Program-made: the position numbers and the translations under genes
NCBI GenBank assembly: GCA_000004695.1
Contig: CM000151.3
Coordinates: 3,520,001-3,584,000, forward strand
Direction: 5' to 3'
DNA: 64,000 nucleotides
From: Dictyostelium discoideum
Lineage: Eukaryota
The notes under the pieces: generated by a model
Seen by the model: the letters and a program-made list of their open reading frames with translations, nothing else
Told to the model about the DNA's origin: nothing
The model's database searches: none
Shown here: positions 1 through 14,457 of the stretch, piece after piece
Layout: the number at the start of each line of letters is the position of its first letter
How positions within the stretch are numbered: position 1 is the stretch's first letter

Positions 1-321
1 GAATTCTACACTCAACCAGTACAAAGCTCAGTCACTCAAGTTGGTGCAGATATTTACACTGGCGATAACTGTGCCTTAAATACCGGTTCAGGTAAACGTG
101 AAGTTGTTGTCCCAGTTAAATTCCAATTTGAATTTGCTACTCTCCCAAAGGTTGCCCTCAACTTTGATCAAATCGATTGTACTGATGCTACCAATCAAAC
201 TCGTATTGGTGTTCAACCAAGAAACATTACCACCAAAGGTTTCGATTGTGTTTTCTACACTTGGAATGCTAACAAAGTCTATTCATTAAGAGCTGATTAC
301 ATTGCTACTGCTTTAGAATAA
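1..321 (+). CDS. Discoidin I paralog, 3'-terminal 106 codons plus stop. The 5' part lies before the window start.
   Basis: Near-identical at nucleotide level to 1486..1806 of the complete copy. In frame from nt 1 ([21 protein letters not shown]...ATALE*). Tandem with the next copy 724 bp downstream. Confidence 0.9.
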   Translation, partial: EFYTQPVQSSVTQVGADIYTGDNCALNTGSGKREVVVPVKFQFEFATLPKVALNFDQIDCTDATNQTRIGVQPRNITTKGFDCVFYTWNANKVYSLRADYIATALE

Positions 322-666
322 ATTTTTAATCTTATTATTAAAATTGTAATTTAATTTTTAATCAAATTTAATAAAAAAAAAAAAAAAAAATCCAAATTCA
401 AGATTTTGTTTATTATATTTTTTCCATTTCTAAACTATTATTATTAAATTTGAAATAAAAAATGATAAAAAAAAAAAAAAAAAAACTGTATTTTTATAAT
501 ATCCAATCTAAATTAATTATCGTCAATCTTTAAGGAATAAAAACTTTTTTTTTCATTGAAAAAACAATAAAAAAAAAATAAAAAAAATCAATAAAAAAAA
601 AAAAATCATAAAAAAAAAAAAGATATAATTATTTTCAATCATAAAAATTCCAAATTTACAAATTTA

Positions 667-704
<38 letters not shown>

Positions 705-929
705 TTTAATAATCAAACCATTACAAAAAAAATTTACAATCATTTTAATTTTATTTTTTTTTTCACACCAATTGCGACAGCTAGGAAAAATCTGAAAAGT
801 GGGGTGATTTTTATTAAATTTTAAAAAATTTATACCCATTAATTTTTTCAATAAAAATAGTTGGTCATTTTACAAAATTAAAAAATTAAAAAAAAAATAA
901 ATTAAATCTTTAATTTTAATTGGAAAAAA

Positions 930-1044
930 AAAAAAAAAAAAACTATAAAAAGAAAATATGATTTTCATTTTAAAATCATTAAACTGAAAAATTAAAATTT
1001 CATTTATACAAATTATCTTTTTTTAAATTCAACACACAATTAAA
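930..1044 (+). promoter_or_regulatory. Discoidin I core promoter/5'UTR. TATA-like ctataaaaag at 943-952, about 100 bp upstream of the ATG.
   Basis: The 36412 copy has the same block order: ctataaa, aaatttcatt, caaattatcttt, aaattcaacaca, aaaATG. Confidence 0.5.
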
Positions 1045-1806
1045 ATGTCTACCCAAGGTTTAGTTACACTTCTCGGAAATGCTCAATGTCATTTAAGAAC
1101 CTCAACCAATTACAATGGTGTCCACACTCAATTTAATGCTGCTTTAAACTATAAAAACAAAGGTACCAATACTATTGATGGTTCAGAAGCTTGGTGTTCA
1201 TCAATCGTAGATACTAACCAATACATTGTTGCTGGTTGTGAAGTTCCACGTACTTTTATGTGTGTTGCTCTCCAAGGTCGTGGTGATCATGATCAATGGG
1301 TTACATCATACAAAATCCGTTATTCATTAGATAATGTTACCTGGTCTGAATATCGTAATGGTGCTGCTATTACTGGTGTAACTGATCGTAACACTGTTGT
1401 TAATCATTTCTTTGATACTCCAATTAGAGCTCGTTCAATTGCTATCCACCCATTAACCTGGAATAACCACATTTCATTAAGATGTGAATTCTACACTCAA
1501 CCAGTACAAAGCTCAGTCACTCAAGTTGGTGCAGATATTTACACTGGCGATAACTGTGCCTTAAATACCGGTTCAGGTAAACGTGAAGTTGTTGTCCCAG
1601 TTAAATTCCAATTTGAATTTGCTACTCTCCCAAAGGTTGCCCTCAACTTTGATCAAATCGATTGTACTGATGCTACCAATCAAACTCGTATTGGTGTTCA
1701 ACCAAGAAACATTACCACCAAAGGTTTTGATTGTGTTTTCTACACTTGGAATGAAAACAAAGTCTATTCATTAAGAGCTGATTACATTGCCACCGCTTTA
1801 GAATAA
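1045..1806 (+). CDS. Discoidin I (253 aa). N-terminal discoidin/F5-8 type C domain and C-terminal H-type lectin domain.
   Basis: MSTQGLV...[38 protein letters not shown]...ATALE. Single exon. Classic Dictyostelium discoidin I sequence. Confidence 0.95.
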
Positions 1807-1924
1807 ACAAATAATTTTTTAAAAAATTATTAAAATTGTAATTTAATTATTAATCAATTTTAAAAAAAAATAAAAACAAATAAAATTTAATTTTATTTTT
1901 TTTTATTATAAAACAAAAAGCTTT

Positions 1925-1981
<57 letters not shown>

Positions 1982-4331
1982 GTTAAACATATTTATATTA
2001 ATCAAAAATAATTATCTTTTTTTATTTTATTTTTTGATCAATAGACCAGATTATATAATTATTCTAACAGTATTCAAAAAAAATAAAAAAAAAAAACATG
2101 ATACACCCATAAAAACTAATGTCATAAATTTTTTTTTTTTTTTTTTTAAGGTGAATTATAATATTTATTTTTTCCATAAATTTTTTATTTACAGCAATAA
2201 ATAATTAAAATTAATTTTCGTTTTTTCATTTTTTTTCATTTTCCATTTTATTTTTTTTTTTAATTCCCAAACACTTTTTTTAATTTTTTCAATTTTTTTT
2301 TTTTTAATTCTCTTAACCAAATATCTATATATTTTAAATTTTTTTTTTAAATTCAAATAAATAAATAAATTAAAATGTTTTCAAAAGGAATCAATATAAT
2401 GGGTCACTCTTAAAATAAAAAAAATAAAACAATAATGATAAAAAAAAAATAAAAATATTAGTGTAATAGGAAATTTATGGACTCAGAAAAACAATATATT
2501 TATTTTTGAAATTGTACCCTCTACAAAGAAAAAAAAAAAAATAATCACACAGAAATAAAATAATTATTTTTTTAATTTATTTTTTTCTTTTTTTTTTTCA
2601 AAACTAATTTTTATATGAAATAAAAAAATAAAAGTAAAAAAAAATAAAAAAAAAGGCAACGAACATACACCAGCACCTCATAAAATTACTTTTCACCACT
2701 GAAATTTTTACATCCCTTACTAATTTTTAATTTCATTTTTTTATTTATTTTTTTCTTTTTTTTTTTTTTTCTTTTTTTTTTTTACTTTTTTTTTTGGTTA
2801 ATAAAAAAATAAATAAATAAATAAACAAATAAAAAAATAAATAAATTTTTTGAGTTAATCTATAAAGCAGGTTTAGCAAATGGAGTTTGGTTTTTAATAT
2901 TTTTAGGGGTATCATTGTTGGTAATTTAGGTACAGCGGCAATAATTGATATAGCAGGTTTAGCAAATGAAGTTTTATTTTTAGGTGATCATTATCGATAT
3001 TGGGATTTGCAACATTGGGTAAACCAGCAAAAGTTAATGGTAAAGGACAAATAGCAGAGAATCAAACTAAGTATTAATATGAACCATCATCAGGAGATAG
3101 GAACAAGATGATACAACAACAACAACAACAACAGGTAAAAGAAAAACTAAAGATACAGACAATAGTTCAAATAAAAAAAGAGTGTAAGTTTTATATTTAA
3201 AGATAGACCAATTCGATTACTGGTGACCATTACTTTATAGTGGTATAAGTCAATCATTCTTTTTTTGGTGTATTCCCTCAATTACTTAGTAAAGAATGGA
3301 TTGGTAAAGCTGTGGCTTTTTTTACGATGCTTCTGTTAGTAATTTCGGAGCTTCACCTGGTAAAGGTAAACAAGCTGCAAAGAATTAGAAAAGATTAAAT
3401 ATTTAGAAATGACATGACGTTAAGCTATTAAAGTTACAAAAATGTAAATAATCATAATAAATTAATAAATCAATAAATCAATAAATTAAAAAATAAATTA
3501 ATTAATAAATAAATAAATAAATAAATAATTAAATAATTTTTAAAAAGTACTCTAATTTTGGAATTATTTGTTTTTTTCTTTTTCTTTTTTTGCTCTAAAA
3601 CTTTTTTTTTTCTTATTTTCATATACACTACTTTTATTTTATTTATTAATTTTGTGCAAATAAAATTAACATAAGAAAATACTCGACACACGAGAAATTT
3701 ATTTTATATTATAATTTTTAATATTATGATTATTTTCATTCTTGAAACTTCTTTAAGTGCTTCACGACAAGCCATATCTGAACATTTAACCATCAAATCA
3801 TTCTATGCAGTTTGATTACCTTCATCAAGTGAAGCACCTAAATAACCACTTCAATAAAAACTATTTTATGTATGTTTTGGACACTTAAGAAAAACTACAG
3901 AGTTTATTTTTCAATTTATCACTATACTGCTCAAATTAACTTAATAAATGACTATATTTTTTAGAAAAAAAAAGTAAAAAATAAAGAAATTCATGACTTA
4001 ATAAAGTAAACAGTGAATCAAAAATGTAAACCGAAGTTATTTGAGGCCATGGTGGATCAGTTGAGACGGCTAATGTGTTTATACCTGAACATGTACATGT
4101 AGTATTGTTCTTCTGTTTATAGAGTTTGGAGTTGGTGATTATATGTACACATTATTATTAAAGAATGAAATTCTTGATTTATACCAATCACTAGATAATT
4201 CAGCATTAACACCAAATATAATACAAGGTCATAGAAAATATTTTGAATAATTGATTTTAAAAGCAAAAAAATTATAAGCATCACATGATAAATTATAAAC
4301 ATTACATGATAAATTTTAAACATATGCACAG

Positions 4332-4786
4332 TTTTTTTTTTTTTTTTTTTTGAATTGGATAACGCAATTATTATTTGCTTCTCCTTGAGATGCTAGATCT
4401 CATTTTATTTTATTTTTTTTTTTTTTTACAGGGTCTCTAAAAGAGGGGTTGGTTTACTTTTTTTTTTTTTTTTTTTTTTTGTTTCGAATTTTGAATTGTA
4501 TTATTACTTTTGATTAAAACATCTTTTTTGTCCAAACTTTTTTCTAAATCTTTTTTTATTTTATCGTCTGGTTCGTGATTGATGTTTATGACGTATTTGA
4601 ATTGTTTTTTTTTTAATTGAGTTTTATCCACAATTTCGCTTATTTTTTGTAGGCATTTGTGTTGCTTAATATTTGTGGTGTTGTTTGTGATTTTCATTTT
4701 ATTTTCTTTCTATTTTTTTTATTTTTCTTTAAAAAGTTAAAAATCTGGAAATTTTCTGATTAACTTGGGTTCCAGGTTTTTTTTTT
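4332..4786 (-). mobile_element. 5'-truncated TRE5-like non-LTR retrotransposon 3' end (C-module-like), flanked by an 18-bp target-site duplication. Itself interrupted by a roughly 115-bp insert (4376..4489).
   Basis: Poly(T) 4332-4350 is the element poly(A) on the minus strand. 4352-4375 and 4490-4560 are the reverse complement of 14366-14447 (the tail of the element next to tRNA-Glu). ttttaaacatatgcacag occurs at 4314-4331 and 4787-4804. The block ends 48 bp upstream of tRNA-Leu. Confidence 0.6.
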
Positions 4787-4787
4787 T

Positions 4788-4844
4788 TAAACATATGCAC
4801 AGGAGTTTGGTGAAAAAATTTTAAACATATGCACGGGAGATTGG
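4788..4844. repeat. Direct repeat taaacatatgcac(a/g)ggag(t/a)ttgg at 4788-4810 and 4822-4844. The second copy overlaps the first 10 nt of tRNA-Leu.
   Basis: Seen directly. A third partial copy at 4314-4331 borders the retroelement poly(T). Confidence 0.8.
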
Positions 4845-4913
4845 TCGAGTGGTTAAGACAATAGATTTAGGCTCTATCCTCCGGGGTCGCGGGTTCGAAC
4901 CCCGCATCTCTCA
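4835..4913 (+). tRNA. tRNA-Leu, anticodon TAG (UAG), class II with a long variable arm.
   Basis: GGGAGAT acceptor pairs with ATCTCTC (one G-U). D-stem GTC/GAC. Anticodon stem ATAGA/TCTAT. Loop TTTAGGC. T-arm GCGGG-TTCGAAC-CCCGC. Discriminator A. Confidence 0.85.
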
Positions 4914-5454
4914 CATTCTTTTTATCCATTTAAATATCTAGATTTCCCTGAAATTTACCTAATAAGGTTAAATAAAATTAAAAAAAGAATGAGGTCAACC
5001 ACATTAAATTGGTAGGAATTTATTTGAGTTTTTACTATTTACGAATAACATTTATTTATTTGATCTATAATTTCATTTTTTTATATATTAACATTATATT
5101 ATTAAGGTTTTTAAAATTTTATTTATTTTTTTTTTTTTTTTATTTTTTTTTTTTTTTTTGAAACTCACACATAATATTGCATGCAGAAATACAAATTTAA
5201 AAAAAATCCGAATTAACACCTATTATTACTAAAATATCTACATCTAGATCAAGTAAATAATTAATTAATATCAAATAAATAATAATAATAAAAATCATAC
5301 ACATTATATGTGCTCATTTTTGAGTAGCTAATCTAAAGAATCTGGTTAAACTTTATATTGTGTGATACTACTGTATGTTAGTATTAGTTGTGCATGTCCT
5401 TGCATCCACTTTACACTGAATGAATAGTAATCAATGTGGTTGGGTCAACTGACA

Positions 5455-5633
5455 TAATTTGCGATATTTGCATGGGAGGTTGGTCAGCTGACATTATTAA
5501 CATTGTTCGCAAGGGAGGTTGGTCAGCTGACATTATTAACATTGTTCGCAAGGGGTAGTTTAGCTGACATTATTAACAATATTGGCATGGGAGGATTGTC
5601 AACTGTCATTATTAACAATATTCACAAGGTCAT
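5455..5633. repeat. About 4 imperfect tandem copies of a roughly 40-bp unit (ggttggtcagctgacattattaacattgttcgcaaggga).
   Basis: Seen directly. Immediately abuts the discoidin pseudogene fragment. Confidence 0.7.
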
Positions 5634-5770
5634 GGTGCTGCTATTACTGGTGTAACTGATCGTATCACTGTTGTTAATCATTTCTTTGATACCCCTATTG
5701 ATGCTCGTTCAATTGCTATCCACTCATTAACCTGGAATAACCACGTTTCATTAAGATGTGATATCTATAG
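5634..5770 (+). pseudogene. Discoidin I internal fragment (about 45 codons, [45 protein letters not shown]) with no start or stop context.
   Basis: About 90% nucleotide identity to 1363..1499 of the intact gene. No flanking ORF continuity. Confidence 0.8.
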
Positions 5771-6452
5771 ATTATATAAATTATTATTAATTATTCAAGG
5801 GTCACACATCGTTTATTGATATATCCAAAATAATATAAGTATTCCATAAAGTTAGAATACGAGATTCATTACAATTTGTAAGGTATGCAGTAGTTCTTTG
5901 TTACAATAATTATTTATATTATTAAATTCATTTTCATTTATTATATTTATTCATTTACATTTTTCATTTGTAAATTAGTTTATTTTGTATATTCTTTATA
6001 AAGTTATTATTTTGAGTTTAATGTGCTGACGCTCCAACATAACAAATAAATCTTAATATATCGATATTAAATAAAAAAAAAATAAAAATAATAACTACAA
6101 GCAATAAAATTCATTTTGCCTTAAATTACTTCTTTCCTAGCTTAGCCCTCCCAAATAGTTTATTCGTGATACACAAATTACCTTTTTAAATCATCAAATT
6201 GTTCAATTTTATTTTGTAAATTAACCTTTTTCCATAATCAATCTCAATTGAAGATGGATTACCTCTAAACCAATGTTAATATATATATTATATAGTTTAC
6301 ATTAATAATAAAAATAAATTTATATATAAATATATCATATTAAATATAAAAAAAAAAGAAAATATTAATAATAAAAATTAAATTAAATATTTAATATATA
6401 ATATATTTTAAATTTATACTTTAAGTAAAAATATAAAACCAAACAACAAATT

Positions 6453-6495
<43 letters not shown>

Positions 6496-6532
6496 CATTA
6501 ATTATTACATTTATTGTATAATTTTATTTATT

Positions 6533-8833
<2,301 letters not shown>

Positions 8834-8916
8834 TATAATATTTGTGAGTGAGTGTGTTGTGTTGTGTAAATATATAATACCAGTTTTTGGTTTTTTTTTT
8901 TTTTTTTGGTATAAAA

Positions 8917-8966
<50 letters not shown>

Positions 8967-9157
8967 TAAGGATTCTAGTAATTAATTTGGTTCAAAAAAA
9001 AAAAAAAAAAAAAAATAAAAAAAAAATAAAAAAAATTTTAATAAAAAAACAGTTAAAACCATCTTTGAAAAAGGCTAAAAATTTCAAAAAAAAAAAAAAT
9101 ATTCCATGATATGAGATTTACTTTTTTTTTTTTTGATAAAGAAGATATTTATTTTTT

Positions 9158-9204
<47 letters not shown>

Positions 9205-10275
9205 AAAGGTTTTTTTATTATTATTAATAATCCAACCATAACAATAAAATTTAATCGGTTATTATTAATAAAAACAATCTAAAAAAAAAAAAAAAAAAAA
9301 AATATTGGTAACATTCAAACCAGACACCAAAAAAAAAAAAAAAAAAATTTTTAATTAAAATTTATTTAAATAAATTTTATTTTTCATTTTTTTTTTTTTT
9401 TTCAAACAATAATTTAAATTTATTAATAATTTATATAAATTAAGTATAGATAAATAGAGCACTCAAAAATACACAAAATGATATAAAATTAAAAAAAAAT
9501 GAATGTAATCATTCTGTTTTTTGAATTTTTTTTTTTTTATTTTTTAAAAAATTATCATTCATTTTCAATACTTTCAAAATTATTTTTTTTTTTTTTGAAA
9601 TTTTTTTTATCAATAATAACTGATTTAATTTTATCTATTTTTTAATATGAATTTAGTATAGATAAATAGAGTACTCAAAAAAAAAAAAAAATACACAAAA
9701 TGATATCATCAAATATTTGTCACAAAATTACCATATTATTTTCAGCATGCTGTTTTTAGGGTGAAATTATTTTTTAATTTCTCTTTTATTTTATAACTTT
9801 TTTTTTTTCATACAATCAGATTAAAATAAATTAAAAAAAAAAATAAAAATAAAATAAAATATAATTTTTATCACTATTTTTTAAATTAATTTTTATTTTG
9901 GAAATAATTAAAAGTGATTTTTTTTAGGGGACTTGTCTAATCGGGAAAAAAAAATTAAAATTATTTTTTTTTTTTTTTTTTTTTTATGCAATCAGATCAG
10001 AAATTTTTTACTTTTTTTGGTTTCTCCAAATCGGTGTAGTCTTTTAATAGAAAAATTCTATTTTATTTTTAGTATAAAAAGTAATTTTTTTTTTTTTTTA
10101 TTTCATTCAAAAAAGACAAAGTTATAACTTATAACTTATAATTATATAAAAAAAAAAAAAAAAAAAAAAATATACTTAAAAAAACAATAAAATTGTTATT
10201 AAAAAAAAAAAAAAATTATTTAAATAATTTTTTATATAATTTATTCTTTGACAAAATTAAAGAGGTAATTATTAT

Positions 10276-10327
<52 letters not shown>

Positions 10328-10835
10328 AACCAAACAAACAATAATTAATTTTTTTAAATAACTTTTTTTAGAAATAGGTTGTTTTATGTATATGTGGATT
10401 TTTTTATTTTTTTAATAAATATTTGTTTGGTTATTAGTTTATTTAGTATGAATCGGTACTAATCCAATTGCCAGAGAATCAAAGGATTTTATTCTTTTTT
10501 AAGATATATCTTTTCATTCTCGGGCATTGTTGAAAGGTAGATTGTATATTAAACAGCTGTTTCACTAAATAATATATTTCTTAATTAAATTTTTAAAAAA
10601 AAAACTTTTTTATAAATCATTAAACACAGAATAAAATATGGGAATTATTTAATTTTCAATCAAGGTAAATAATTAAAATACTTTTTATTCTAATAATTAT
10701 AATAATAATAAAAATAATTAGTTTTACTAATATTAATTAATATTATGGGTTGGTTGGTATAAAACTAAAATTAAAAAATCAAAGTTTAAAGAACTATATT
10801 TTTATGAAATCAGTGTTTCTGATTGTGTTGGATGA

Positions 10836-11040
10836 TCCCAAACAAAATCCCAAACAAAATCAAAATAAAACAAATAAAACAAATAAAAACAAATAAAAAC
10901 AAATATAAACAAAAACATAAACAAAATAAAATAAAATAAAATAAATAATTAAACAAAAAAGAAAAAAGAAAAAACAAAAAAATAAAAAACCAAAAACAAA
11001 AAACAAAAAAAAAAAAAAAAACAAAAACAAAATAAATAAT
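10836..11040. repeat. C/A-rich degenerate repeats (caaaacaaaat / aacaaataaaa units) in the intergenic region upstream of the 11220 gene's 3' end.
   Basis: Seen directly. Resembles the CA-rich elements found in some Dictyostelium promoters, but its function was not determined. Confidence 0.4.
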
Positions 11041-11219
11041 CCAAAATTTAATTAAATTTTTAAAGTTTAATTGTTTTGAAATTTCACAACGTTATCAATT
11101 AGAAATAATACTTTTATGGGAATTGGATTTTTTATTATTTTTAAAATTTTGAAAACTAATTATTTTTATTATTATTATTACTTTTTTTTTTATTTATTTA
11201 TTTTTTAATTATTATTTAT

Positions 11220-11990
11220 TTAATTTTGATTTAATTTAATTTCTCTTTTAAAAACTTTTAATTTTTCATTTTGATAAGAATTTTTTGAAAAAATATAAGT
11301 ATTTTTAATGAAATCAAAACTTTTAATATGTTGATATTCATTAATTAAACGATTTAAATCCAATAAATATTTATCAAAATCACAAGTACTATTAATTGCA
11401 CCTGTTTCAAAATGTGTAATCGTTTTATTACCACTCAAGAGTATTTCTTCAATCACTTGAGTAGTTGTTGAACTCCACATTAAAAATGTTGAAATTGATT
11501 TATTTGATGAAATTAATGAACCAATCTCTTTATTAAATGAAGTTGGAGTTTTTTTATTTTTTGGGAATTTTAAAATTCCACCTCTAACTCGGCACCAATG
11601 ATTAAATGTAACTTTTTTCATTGTTTTGTTCTCTTTAAATAATTGTTTAAAAACTTGCCAGTTATTTGAAAAAGTTTTATTCTCTACTAATAAACCTAAA
11701 CTACCACCACTACCATCTAAAAAACTATCACAACTACATCCTAAACCCAATTCTCTTCTTTCAACATTATTTGATAATAAATAAATTAAATTATCATAAC
11801 AAAAATTAATTGAAAATAATTTTAAATTTCTAAATGTTTTAAATAATGAATTTAAATCACCCAATGAAAATGTTGAATATAAATTTTCAAAATGTGATAA
11901 ATTTGATAAATAATATTTTAAATTATCTTCTTTTTTTTCTTCTTCTTTTTCTTTTTCTTTTTCTTTTTCTTTTTGTTGTTGTTGTTGTTT

Positions 11991-12033
<43 letters not shown>

Positions 12034-12377
12034 ATTGAATAAGATAATAATTTAATTATTGGTATACCATCAATATCACTCTCACCATTAATAACTAAAA
12101 AATCTAAATTTTTTGACCAAATATCTAATGATTTAAATAAAACTTCTTTTGATGGACAATATTCAGTAGAAATTGATAATACTTTTTGAACTCTTTTTCC
12201 AAATTCTTCAATTGATTCAACGGTTTGAAATCTTTTAAAATTAATTTTATATAATTTTAAATTAATCATTGTACTATTACTTTGATAAAGAGAATTTATA
12301 ATATCTAAAATTTGACTATTTTTTAAATTAATGTTTCTAACTATAAATTTTTTAAATATTATATTTTCTTTATTATT

Positions 12378-12408
<31 letters not shown>

Positions 12409-12959
12409 AGTTGTTGTTGATAATTAACTAATTTTTCAATACCTTTATTTGCTAAATTAAAATCAAAACAAACTTTAATACCATCTTTTTTATTTTTATA
12501 ATAAAATAATTCATCTGTATGATCAAAATGTAATTTTAATGTTTTTACATTTTCTTTTTTTATAATTGAAAATTTTCCAATTCTTTCAATAAAATCTTTT
12601 GATTCTGATGTTTTTATTTTTGTTGTCATTATTTCGGTGGTAGTATTATTATTATTATTATTATTATTAAAATTTTTTTCAAAATCTAAATTATAATTAA
12701 AATCAATTGAAACTGTTAAATTATTTGATAATGTTTTAAACCAATCATGATTCACTAATGCCAATGAAATCATTAATTCTTTAATTAACTTTTCATTATC
12801 TCTATAATCAATATCTTCAATTTTAATGAAATCAATTAATTTATTATTTCTATCAATATGTTTACATAATATTTTAATTATATATTTTTGAATATATAAT
12901 GGTAATTTTATAATTTTATTATTATTATTACTATTATTGTTAATATTGTCGGTTATCAT
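11220..12959 (-). CDS. Hypothetical protein, 579 aa. Paralog of 6533..8833 with shorter N/Q tracts and a (KE)n acidic-basic repeat.
   Basis: MITDNINNN...KLPLYIQKYIIKILCKHIDRNNKLID... C-terminal domain shared with the upstream paralog. Confidence 0.75.
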
Positions 12960-12988
12960 TTTGTGGTCATTTAAAAAATTGTTAATTT

Positions 12989-13027
<39 letters not shown>

Positions 13028-13420
13028 AATTCTTATTATTCTCAATGTCATAAAAACATTTTCATCGCCATATCGCAACATTTTTTAATAATATCTCCCA
13101 AACCATTTTTTTTTTTTTTTTTTTTTTTTCAAAACAATGGTTTATGAAAATTCCACAATTTGAATTTGTTTTGTTGAAAAATGAATATTTAAATTATTAA
13201 TCTTTAAAATTAAATCAAATTGTTAAATTTATAGATAAATATATATAAATCAAATTGAAGTTTAGTAACTTGCGAAAAACCTTACAAAATGTTGAATTTA
13301 TAAGTTATGCAATATAAATATATAAATAAAATATATGTTAAGAAAGAGATAATAATTACAACAAATAAAGAGTTTATTATTGTTATGAAAATTGTAAAAA
13401 CGAAAAACTGTTTATTTTTA

Positions 13421-13550
13421 TTTTTATATTTTCGGTTTTAACTTTTTTTTTTTACCTAAAAGCGGTGTATATTTTCGGTTTTAACCGTTTTTTTTTTTTT
13501 ACCTAAAAGCGGTGTATTTCGGTTTTAACCGAACTTCGTAAAAATATCAA
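13421..13550. repeat. 2-3 tandem copies of a roughly 45-bp unit (acctaaaagcggtgtat(at)tttcggttttaacc-Tn), in the 3' flank of tRNA-Glu.
   Basis: Seen directly. Each unit carries cggttttaaccg, a degenerate B-box-like GGTT...ACC motif. Confidence 0.6.
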
Positions 13551-13565
13551 TTTTAGTAAAAAAAA

Positions 13566-13637
13566 CTCCCCATTCGGGAATCGAACCCGAGGTACCAGTG
13601 TGAAAGACTAGAGTGTTACCGACTACACCAATGAGGA
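13566..13637 (-). tRNA. tRNA-Glu, anticodon TTC (UUC).
   Basis: Reverse complement TCCTCATTGGTGTAGTCGGTAACACTCTAGTCTTTCACACTGGTACCTCGGGTTCGATTCCCGAATGGGGAG. Acceptor TCCTCAT/ATGGGGA. Anticodon stem CTAGT/ACTGG. Loop CTTTCAC. T-loop TTCGATT. Confidence 0.85.
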
Positions 13638-13683
13638 ATTATATGGAAATATTTGATTAAACAAGAAAATTTAATTATTTTAT

Positions 13684-14457
13684 TTATATGAACACCATCC
13701 AAAATTAACTCCTGGCCAAAAAGAAATAATGATCAAAATGAATAGCAAACACCTTCCATTTAAAGAAATTAAAAAAATAATAAACATGGAAGGTAGAGAC
13801 CTATTATGGAGATACACACAGAAAGCACTACCAAAAATATACAACATGCCATGCCAACAGTATGGGGAAGATGAGACTTCAGAACATATATTCTTCAACT
13901 GCAAAGCCCACATCAAAAACACACAAGAAATCTTCAACTACACATTAACCAAGTGTGGACACACCTGGAATGTTAAGATTTTAAACCATCTACAAATTGC
14001 ACTAATATCCAATTTAATAGCTATTATATTCGAAAAAATTTGGCACAAAAGAAACAAACTCATCCACGATGAAATAGAAATAGTAATTCATAGACAACAA
14101 GTCATACGTGAACTAATTAAAACACAAAGAGTTGCATGGGATAGGACACAAGCGGTTATAAACAAAACATTAAGAATCAAATCAAAGCAATGGCCAGAAG
14201 AACAAAATAAATTAGACTCATTAATCTCTAAAGTTATTACAATTTAACAGACAATGGAACTCACCTCTTCACGCAATAGCACTTCCCAAACATCTCAAAA
14301 AATACAATAATTCACTCAGTACTCTCTATAAATGAAAAAAAAAAAAAAAAAAAAAAAATATAAAAAAAGATTTAGAAAAAAATTTGGACAAAAAAGATGT
14401 TTTAATCAAAAGTAATAATACATTCAAAATTGCGTTATCCAATTCAAAAAAAAAATA
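13684..14457 (+). mobile_element. 5'-truncated TRE5-like non-LTR retrotransposon: ORF2 C-terminal portion (13729..14247, Cys/His-rich tail HIFFNCKAHIKNTQEIFNYTLTKCGH), A-rich tract, then C-module-like tail and oligo(A).
   Basis: The element's 5' junction is about 46 bp upstream of tRNA-Glu on the opposite strand. The tail 14366-14447 is repeated inverted at 4352-4560. Candidate TSD ttaattattt at 13672-13681 and 14458-14468. Confidence 0.6.

Noticed and set aside
1-6. GAATTC at the very start of the window
   Set aside because: Probably coincidental, or a clone or fragment boundary. The same EcoRI site is internal to every discoidin I copy (1486, 36853), so it carries no biological meaning here.
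98-289. 63-aa ORFs (also 1583..1774, 36950..37141) in an alternative frame inside discoidin genes
   Set aside because: They overlap a strongly supported, highly conserved CDS in another frame. Artefact of the ORF finder.
3470-4697. Short minus-strand ORFs (3470..3691, 4117..4329, 4437..4697)
   Set aside because: Low-complexity K/N/I-rich readings of AT-rich or retroelement-tail DNA. The 4437..4697 region is better explained as TRE5-like non-coding tail.
9933-10127. ORFs in A/T homopolymer intergenic DNA (also 35720..36158, 43157..43637, 51253..51462, 52398..52592, 57673..58354, 56141..56344)
   Set aside because: F/K/L/I homopolymer translations with no complexity. They include non-ATG starts in the track.
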